This document shows positions 1 through 4,794 of a DNA stretch of 4,794 nt, piece after piece. A program made the translations under genes and the position numbers. The stretch's first letter is position 1. Each line of letters begins with the position of its first letter. The notes under the pieces are model-generated. The model made no database searches, had not been told where the DNA came from, and saw nothing but the letters and a program-made list of their open reading frames with translations. Origin of the DNA: a virus (Duplodnaviria; Heunggongvirae; Uroviricota; Caudoviricetes); the IMG/VR virus record IMGVR_UViG_2648501669_000016, positions 1 to 4,794 of that record. One strand, written 5' to 3'.

Positions 1-14
1 GTTTACCATGTTCA

Positions 15-24
15 CCCCCCCCCC
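15..24. repeat. Homopolymeric C10 (plus) / G10 (minus) tract immediately 3' of the ssb stop codon
   Basis: Ten consecutive C at 15..24. On the minus strand this reads TGA-GGGGGGGGGG-TGAAC-ATG, where the ATG at 9..7 could start a further downstream minus-strand gene (only 3 codons, M-V-N, are inside the window). Confidence 0.9.
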
Positions 25-459
25 TCAGAATGGCGCTTCATCGTCGAATGGTGGGCGCTGGTCGTATTCATCACGGGTTGACTGCTGCGCACGTCTCAGC
101 GCGTCCGTCGCCTGTCCCCGCTGGCTATTTTTGCCTCCCTGTCGCACCGTTCGCGCACTGATTACGCTGTCTGCGATAACCTGCCAGCCCTGCCGCGTTT
201 CGCCGTTCTGGCCTGTCCACTGGTTCACCTGCATGTTACCCGCCACGCTCACAAGGTCGCCTTTGTGGTGCTTTGCCAGTGCGTCGGCCTGTCTGCCAAA
301 GGCAGTTACGGCAAGCCATAGCGTCGCCTGCCCGTCGTCTGCGTTATGGCACGGCACTGATACCGCCATGCGTGCCAGCGTCATGCTTGTGCCTTTGCTG
401 GTCTGTTTTACCTGCGGCTCGTCCACCAGCCGCCCGTATGCTGAAATTTGTGCTGTCAT
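25..459 (-). CDS. ssb: Single-stranded DNA-binding protein (SSB family, OB fold plus acidic C-terminal tail)
   Basis: The translation matches the SSB pattern: GRL..EP near the N-terminus, W-x-x-V-x-x-FG...KG..V.V.G.....WT.Q.G..R in the OB-fold core (LWLAVTAFGRQADALAKHHKGDLVSVAGNMQVNQWTGQNGETRQGW), and a C-terminal tail PPFDDEAPF resembling the canonical SSB tip DDDIPF. The stop codon is TGA at 27..25. The start is placed at ATG 459..457, which overlaps the upstream ORF stop as TAATG; an in-frame GTG at 468 is an alternative start (the ORF track runs 25..468). Confidence 0.8.
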   Translation of the reverse strand: MTAQISAYGRLVDEPQVKQTSKGTSMTLARMAVSVPCHNADDGQATLWLAVTAFGRQADALAKHHKGDLVSVAGNMQVNQWTGQNGETRQGWQVIADSVISARTVRQGGKNSQRGQATDALRRAQQSTRDEYDQRPPFDDEAPF

Positions 460-668
460 TAAGCGCACTCCATTCTTGATAACGTGTCGTCAATATTCCC
501 AGCGGCTCGTTTCAGGTAGTCCATGCTGTCATTTAGTCGGGATAATTCGCCAGCCAGTAACAAGGCCGCCGCCTCCTGCGCGGTGAACCCCTGCGCTTCA
601 ATCTCTCTAACAACTTCGATCTGCTTTTTATGATGTTCGTTCATTTTTTCGCCCTTTAGCTGAATCAT
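459..668 (-). CDS. Small hypothetical protein (61-69 aa) between the iteron region and ssb; function unknown
   Basis: An ORF on the same strand as ssb, with its stop TAA (461..459) overlapping the ssb ATG (TAATG), which suggests translational coupling. There are two candidate starts: ATG at 668 preceded by a G7 run, and ATG at 644 preceded by AAGGGCG with about 6 nt spacing. The translation (MNEHHKKQIEVVREIEAQGFTAQEAAALLLAGELSRLNDSMDYLKRAAGNIDDTLSRMECA) has no motif I can assign. Confidence 0.5.
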   Translation of the reverse strand: MIQLKGEKMNEHHKKQIEVVREIEAQGFTAQEAAALLLAGELSRLNDSMDYLKRAAGNIDDTLSRMECA

Positions 669-669
669 A

Positions 670-694
670 CCCCCCCTGTGAATCTTTTTGGGGG
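670..694. promoter_or_regulatory. C7 / G5 inverted repeat (potential hairpin) directly upstream of the small ORF start
   Basis: The plus strand has cccccccc at 670..676, a 13-nt spacer (tgtgaatcttttt) and ggggg at 690..694. On the minus-strand mRNA this would pair the G-rich stretch immediately 5' of the ATG at 668 with an upstream C-run. No U-tract follows on either strand, so it is not a classical intrinsic terminator. Confidence 0.3.
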
Positions 695-700
695 TGTAAT

Positions 701-946
701 ATCCCTACCAATCCCTACCAATCGATAAAACCCATATGTGGCGCGGCTTTCAGGCTGGTAGGGCATTGTTTTTCTACCCCTACTTATCCCTACCTATCCC
801 TACCAAATACCAAAAAACGGTTATGCGTGGCTTCTTGTTTAGTAGGGATATGTAGGGATATGTAGGGATAAATATATATATCCCTACCAGTCTACAAGCC
901 CCGTCATTACTGGCCTTAAATGACTTTGTAGGGATAGGTAGGGATA
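701..946. repeat. Iteron array; putative origin of replication (ori / cis replication region) of the element
   Basis: Direct-orientation ATCCCTACC copies at 701-709, 711-719, 786-794, 796-804 and 880-888, with a partial copy at 777-783. Inverted-orientation GTAGGGAT copies at 842-849, 852-859, 862-869, 928-935 and 938-945, with a degenerate ggtagggca at 757-765. The tandem copies are spaced 10 bp apart. An AT-rich aatatatata sits at 871-880 between inverted and direct copies. The block is non-coding and lies immediately 3' of the primase-helicase stop at 960-962. Confidence 0.75.
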
Positions 947-959
947 AATCAGGGGTAAA

Positions 960-3416
960 CTATTCATCACCCCCTTCGGCGGTGCTGCTGCCATATGCTC
1001 GCGGTATAAACTCCTCCGCCAACTCATTGATCCCAACGTTCGTCTGCGCTCTGCCGTTAATGCTGCGTGTCAGGTAGTTAGCCCTGTATTCTCTGGCGGC
1101 TGATTTAATCGCCCGTGAGAACTTGTTGACGGAAAGCGGCTTCCCTAGCCCGTGATATTCCATAAAGGCCAAATAAAGGTGATACAGGTAAGTTCTCGGC
1201 TCTGGCTGTCCTGCCCACGTTCCTCCCCCCATCATCATTCCCTTCGGCTCGTTCATAAAATACAAGGCCGCGCACATGTCTATGACCGGATCTGTCCCGC
1301 GCTTAACGCCCAACGCCTCTGCGGAATCGCGCTGCTCGATTAAAAGCGCTTTAGCTTTGTTCTGGTCGGCAAACATTGCCAGCAAGTGACGAATAATTAC
1401 CGGCATTTCACGGCAGATCTTCGCTGTCAGGTCGGGGTCTTTCTCCGCTTCTGATACCGGATTATCGAACGGGAATATCACACGGCGGCGGGCAATGCCC
1501 CCGTTGCGCTCGGTAAAGGTCATTGGTTCGTTGTTGGTTGCGAGAACAACGGCATTTAGCACGGTGGTGAACTGCTTTTCATACTTACCATCAATCTCTA
1601 CTGGGTCGCCGCCTGTAATGGCCTTTATCCCTGCGCCTTCGCCAACATAGCGGGTCTGGTCTGGCATGATAATCAGGCTTTTTCCTACAAGCTGCGCCCG
1701 CCCTCTGGCTGTGTCTAGCGCTCCCATGCTGGCGCTGGCTGTGTTGTGCTCACCTGCCAGTGATACGGCTATGCTGCTGAATACGGATTTCCCACTGCCG
1801 CCCTCGCCAGTTATCTCAATGAATAGCTGCCAGTCGTGACGCTTCGCCAGCACCATAAACAAGGCTGCTTTGATACGCTCGGCCTTATGATGGTCGCCAG
1901 CCGTTGCATGATTCAGCCAACGGGTAAAATTGGGGGCGCTGGTGGTAATATTTTCCCCCGGCGCTGGCGGGGTGTAGGTGATCCCATTGTGGTTCATCAG
2001 CCAGTTACCCGGCGAATGGGCGGAAAACGTCTGCGTAGCGAGGTCATAAACGCCGTTATCAAAACCAATCAGATCCCCGCTCCGCTCACCAATTACCGGT
2101 ATTTGCAGCTTCATGGTTGCGACAACCGATTTAATCCCCTTTTCGGTGTAGTGGGCTTCGTGCTCGTCGAAAATTGCCACCATAACCCTTTCTAATTCGC
2201 TGTCTGGTAGCTTCACCCATACGCCAGATTCGTAGCAGTAAACAGTGCCACTATCTGGGTTAACCGCCAACATATCCCATCGAGATGAAAGCAACCGCGC
2301 TTTCTGGCTGGCTGCCATTTGTGCAATATCTCCGACATCGGCTTTACGGCGGGATTTACCGCCAGCAATGGCCTGTAGTTGTGGTTTCACGCATTCCCCC
2401 TGCGGCCGGTACATCGAATCGTTAATCGCAGCCGTAGCGACTTCCAGCCCGTGTTGCTGGTGGTAGTCGTTCCAGTCAGCTTTGCTGTCAGTCGGTGGCA
2501 GCGATACCCAGCCAGCCACGGATAAAGCTGCTTTCTCTGCGGCCTCCTTCCCGATGTTGGTGGCTCCGGTTTCGGAGGCTGCTGTAGGGTGGTCGTTATC
2601 TGCGGCGATAATAATTTGCGACTGCGGGTATTTCCGGCGCATTACTCCGGCAACGTGGATCAGGTTCCCGGCGTCAATTGCTGCCACTGCCAGCGCGTCC
2701 GGGCGCATCAGGTGAACAGACAGAGCGGTAGCCAGCCCCTCGGCAATTAAAACGCTCTGCGGCGATTCTGGCGCGTTTACGGCGTGATATGCCCCGCGCT
2801 TTGCTGAACCTGTCAGGAGTCGCTTCTCTCCCTGCGGTGTAATGGTTTGCGCTGCTGCCACTGCGCCGGATTCGTCCACCAGCTCCAGCAATAACGAACC
2901 ATCCGGCATAACCGGATAGTTAAACCCGGTCAGCCCTTTTGATTGCAGGTAATCAGATTCGCCCTGTGTGGCACTCTGGCGCATTCCGGCATACAGATGG
3001 GCAAACGTAGCCCTTCGCTGCTCTGCGTCCTCTGCTGCCTGTTTCTGGCGCTCCTGCTCACGCTGCTGGCGGTCGGCTTCCAGTTGCTCTCTTCTATGGC
3101 TCGCTGCCGCCGGGTCGGTTTGCGCTGCCCGGTAATCAATACCCAGCACGTCAGCGGCAAGCTGTGCCGCCTCCGTGGTGTCGCAGTTGTTAACCCGCTT
3201 GATTAAATCCAGCCCGTCACCAGCGCCACACTGGTTGCAGATAAAGCTACCGCGCCCGTTGTCGTCGAATCTGAAACGGTCTTTTCCACCACATGCAGGG
3301 CAGGGAGCATGACGGCGCGGAGAGTCAGGGACATTTATGTTCAGGCAGCCCAGCACATGAGGCCAGTTGTTTTCAGACGCACTGATAACCTGACGGATAA
3401 GATCAATGTTTCGCAT
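960..3416 (-). CDS. Primase-helicase fusion protein (zinc ribbon + TOPRIM-type primase + SF3 / P4-alpha-type helicase); replication initiator of a mobile element
   Basis: An 818-819 aa ORF. A CxxC-17-CxxC zinc ribbon (CPACGG...CNQCGAG) is encoded around 3228..3302. The primase region carries the conserved glutamate motif IAEGLATA and the acidic motif IIAADNDH. The helicase region has Walker A GEGGSGKS (nt 1785..1808), a Walker-B-like LIIMPD and an SF3 motif-C-like VLATNN. A charged E/Q/R-rich linker lies between the zinc ribbon and the primase domain. The start is placed at ATG 3416..3414; an in-frame GTG at 3419 is one codon upstream (the ORF track runs 960..3419). Confidence 0.9.
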   Translation of the reverse strand: MRNIDLIRQVISASENNWPHVLGCLNINVPDSPRRHAPCPACGGKDRFRFDDNGRGSFICNQCGAGDGLDLIKRVNNCDTTEAAQLAADVLGIDYRAAQTDPAAASHRREQLEADRQQREQERQKQAAEDAEQRRATFAHLYAGMRQSATQGESDYLQSKGLTGFNYPVMPDGSLLLELVDESGAVAAAQTITPQGEKRLLTGSAKRGAYHAVNAPESPQSVLIAEGLATALSVHLMRPDALAVAAIDAGNLIHVAGVMRRKYPQSQIIIAADNDHPTAASETGATNIGKEAAEKAALSVAGWVSLPPTDSKADWNDYHQQHGLEVATAAINDSMYRPQGECVKPQLQAIAGGKSRRKADVGDIAQMAASQKARLLSSRWDMLAVNPDSGTVYCYESGVWVKLPDSELERVMVAIFDEHEAHYTEKGIKSVVATMKLQIPVIGERSGDLIGFDNGVYDLATQTFSAHSPGNWLMNHNGITYTPPAPGENITTSAPNFTRWLNHATAGDHHKAERIKAALFMVLAKRHDWQLFIEITGEGGSGKSVFSSIAVSLAGEHNTASASMGALDTARGRAQLVGKSLIIMPDQTRYVGEGAGIKAITGGDPVEIDGKYEKQFTTVLNAVVLATNNEPMTFTERNGGIARRRVIFPFDNPVSEAEKDPDLTAKICREMPVIIRHLLAMFADQNKAKALLIEQRDSAEALGVKRGTDPVIDMCAALYFMNEPKGMMMGGGTWAGQPEPRTYLYHLYLAFMEYHGLGKPLSVNKFSRAIKSAAREYRANYLTRSINGRAQTNVGINELAEEFIPRAYGSSTAEGGDE

Positions 3417-3774
3417 CACCGTACCCCACGTGGTCTATAGCGTTTGCGATATGGCTAACCAGCATCTGCCACTTGGTTATTCCGTAATCAGTCAGCATGC
3501 CATCATTGTTTAGCCACATATCAAATTCAGCGGTTGTCGCAAGTTTCCACTTATCGCCGTGGACAGTCCTCATTGCTGGGTACATGAATGCGCAAATCAG
3601 ATCACAAACATCTGACGGCTTCAGAGATGTAGTAATGGTGCGTCCCTCTGGCGTCTGAATTGCCATTTTCTCTTCACCAGTAGAATGAAGGTTATGAATC
3701 CACACAGCACCAGCAATCTTTGCCACCTGCTCTCCGATTGCGGAGCTAAGCGCCATTTCTACATTTTCACGCAT
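3403..3774 (-). CDS. Hypothetical protein (123 aa), translationally coupled to the primase-helicase gene
   Basis: The ATG at 3774 is preceded by a strong SD (GGGAGG, 5 nt spacer). The stop at 3405..3403 overlaps the primase start by 14 nt. Same strand as its neighbours, no gaps. I recognise no motif. Confidence 0.6.
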   Translation of the reverse strand: MRENVEMALSSAIGEQVAKIAGAVWIHNLHSTGEEKMAIQTPEGRTITTSLKPSDVCDLICAFMYPAMRTVHGDKWKLATTAEFDMWLNNDGMLTDYGITKWQMLVSHIANAIDHVGYGDAKH

Positions 3775-4108
3775 GAGAACCTCCCGCTACAGTTGCGCCC
3801 ATGTCATTAACCATGCTTTGCCATATCTCACGCCCGACGTCAGTCAATCTGTCCTTAGTGACGCAACGATCAAGAAGCTCGATCCCCACGGTTTCCCACT
3901 GCGGGTAGAACACTTTCATGGCTGCCAGTGTGTAGCTATCGATCAGGCTGCGAACGCCTTTTACTCCATTGACGATTTCCACACGGACGGCCTCTCCGTC
4001 CGCATCAATCATGAAATAGTCCCCGCCGCTGGTGGAGGTAATGTGGTTATACAGTGCTGACGCATACTTATTTGCCAGCGCATTCAGTCGGAAATTTTTA
4101 GTAATCAT
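3767..4108 (-). CDS. Hypothetical protein (113 aa)
   Basis: The ATG at 4108 is preceded by GGATGGAGCC, containing a GGAG SD. Its last codons (..GGSHA, nt GGGAGGTTCTCATGCGTGA) encode the SD and start of the next gene, with an 8-nt overlap ATGCGTGA. I recognise no motif. Confidence 0.6.
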   Translation of the reverse strand: MITKNFRLNALANKYASALYNHITSTSGGDYFMIDADGEAVRVEIVNGVKGVRSLIDSYTLAAMKVFYPQWETVGIELLDRCVTKDRLTDVGREIWQSMVNDMGATVAGGSHA

Positions 4109-4118
4109 GGCTCCATCC

Positions 4119-4721
4119 TCAGTGCGTCACTGGTTCCGCTGGCATGCCGTTTTCATTCAGTTCAGCTATAAAGCTGTTGTGAAGTTCAGCAAGCGTTTCA
4201 CGACCAAATGGAGTCAGTGCTCCTTGTTCCACATCCATCATGGCTCTGTAGAAAATGATGGCGCGTTCTGTGCCAGACTCGATGCCAAAACGTTCTATCA
4301 TCGCGCCCTCAATGTTGTTTGCCATAGCGAGGCGCTCTGCTACTGGATACAGCGACATGGCGACGATGCCGTTGGAATAAACAGCCACTTCGGAAGGATT
4401 GCCAGTATCATCAATGATGCTGACAGTGCCGTTTTCCTTTCTCATTTCATTGATGAATGCTGTTGCTATCAGCCAGCGCCACATAATCACGTGATGCTGT
4501 GATGTGTAATCGAAATATCCCTGGTTGCCGCCACTGGCAATAGCGAGATGTATAAACATGCCTTCATCTGGTTTATCGTCATAATCCCCGGCATCCAGAC
4601 GATTTACGGCATCAATATATGAGACGGTCTCAACGCGTTCTGTCATGCCATCGTTGCTGCGGTACATGATGTTTACGCCGTCAGGCGTTGCTTCTGCATG
4701 GAAAGTTAAGAAATTATTCAT
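4119..4721 (-). CDS. Hypothetical protein (200 aa from ATG 4721; 211 aa if started at ATG 4754)
   Basis: A long minus-strand ORF. The ATG at 4721 has a GAGG SD 6 nt upstream and overlaps the stop of the upstream partial ORF (ATGAATAA), so I prefer it as the start. The ATG at 4754 is in frame but lacks an obvious SD. The stop TGA at 4121..4119 lies 10 nt before the next start. Function unknown. Confidence 0.6.
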   Translation of the reverse strand: MNNFLTFHAEATPDGVNIMYRSNDGMTERVETVSYIDAVNRLDAGDYDDKPDEGMFIHLAIASGGNQGYFDYTSQHHVIMWRWLIATAFINEMRKENGTVSIIDDTGNPSEVAVYSNGIVAMSLYPVAERLAMANNIEGAMIERFGIESGTERAIIFYRAMMDVEQGALTPFGRETLAELHNSFIAELNENGMPAEPVTH

Positions 4722-4794
4722 GTTTCGCCTCGCCTGAATGATTCTGTAACTCATATTTGCCCAACAATTCGTCCGCTTCCTGAATAGCTTCTGG
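4714..4794 (-). CDS. 3' end of an upstream gene running in from beyond the window edge (partial; C-terminus ..PEAIQEADELLGKYELQNHSGEAKHE)
   Basis: An open frame with no stop runs from the window edge at 4794 to TAA at 4716..4714, and that stop overlaps the downstream ATG at 4721. Only 26 codons are visible, so coding status rests on frame continuity and the coupling geometry. Confidence 0.35.
   Translation of the reverse strand, partial: PEAIQEADELLGKYELQNHSGEAKHE

Noticed and set aside
273-479. Plus-strand ORF of 68 aa
   Set aside because: It lies entirely inside the SSB coding region on the opposite strand and has no independent support.
8-586. Plus-strand ORF of 192 aa
   Set aside because: It is antisense to the SSB gene and the small ORF, both of which have clear support on the minus strand (SSB motifs, coupling). 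It is a Pro/Cys/Arg-rich translation typical of a spurious ORF on the opposite strand of GC-rich coding DNA.
821-829. Possible DnaA box (ttatgcgtg) in the iteron region
   Set aside because: It is an imperfect match to TTATNCACA and occurs only once, which is insufficient to call a DnaA-dependent origin.
903-924. Short inverted repeat gtcatt-N10-aatgac
   Set aside because: The arms are only 6 bp and could arise by chance. No functional context beyond lying within the putative origin.
701-946. Possibility that the short repeat array is a CRISPR array
   Set aside because: The repeats are only 9-10 bp, occur in both orientations, and are either directly abutting or separated by irregular spacers. 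A CRISPR array would have repeats of about 24-48 bp in a single orientation with regular unique spacers.
700-960. Intrinsic terminator after the primase gene, or a promoter for the small ORF and ssb inside the iteron block
   Set aside because: No GC-rich hairpin followed by a U-tract is present on the minus strand. Candidate -35/-10 hexamers (TTGGTA ... TATTAC) have wrong spacing. Neither can be supported from sequence alone.
1152-3206. Several ORFs inside the primase-helicase gene (plus 1152-1343, 1836-2195, 2245-2466, 2482-2715, 2943-3206; minus 2930-3160)
   Set aside because: They are nested in or antisense to an 818-aa ORF with unambiguous primase and helicase motifs. No RBS or motif evidence supports them, and they are most simply explained as chance open frames.
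3773-4502. Plus-strand ORFs of 95 aa and 156 aa
   Set aside because: They overlap each other and are antisense to the minus-strand ORFs, which tile without gaps and have canonical SDs and stop/start overlaps. The 156-aa frame needs a GTG start without a convincing SD.

Overview
All supported genes lie on the minus strand and together read as the replication module of a mobile element (satellite-phage, PICI or integrative-element type). Reading 5'->3' on the minus strand: the 3' end of an upstream gene (4794..4714), then three tightly coupled ORFs of unknown function (200-211 aa, 113 aa, 123 aa), then an 818-aa primase-helicase fusion (zinc ribbon, TOPRIM-type primase with an EGLATA motif, SF3/P4-alpha-type helicase with Walker A GEGGSGKS), then a non-coding region of about 250 bp packed with 9-10 bp iterons (core TCCCTAC / GTAGGGA, roughly 11 copies in both orientations, several at 10-bp spacing) around a short TATATA-rich centre, then a small 61-69 aa ORF, and finally an SSB-family protein with a FDDEAPF acidic tail. 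The iteron block directly 3' of the primase-helicase gene is most likely the element's origin of replication. The three unknown ORFs upstream of the primase look lower in GC than the primase and SSB genes on hand counts, and I recognise no family for them; they are the most likely place for an undescribed accessory function, but the sequence alone does not show what they do. No rRNA, tRNA, CRISPR array, transposase or integrase is visible in this window.
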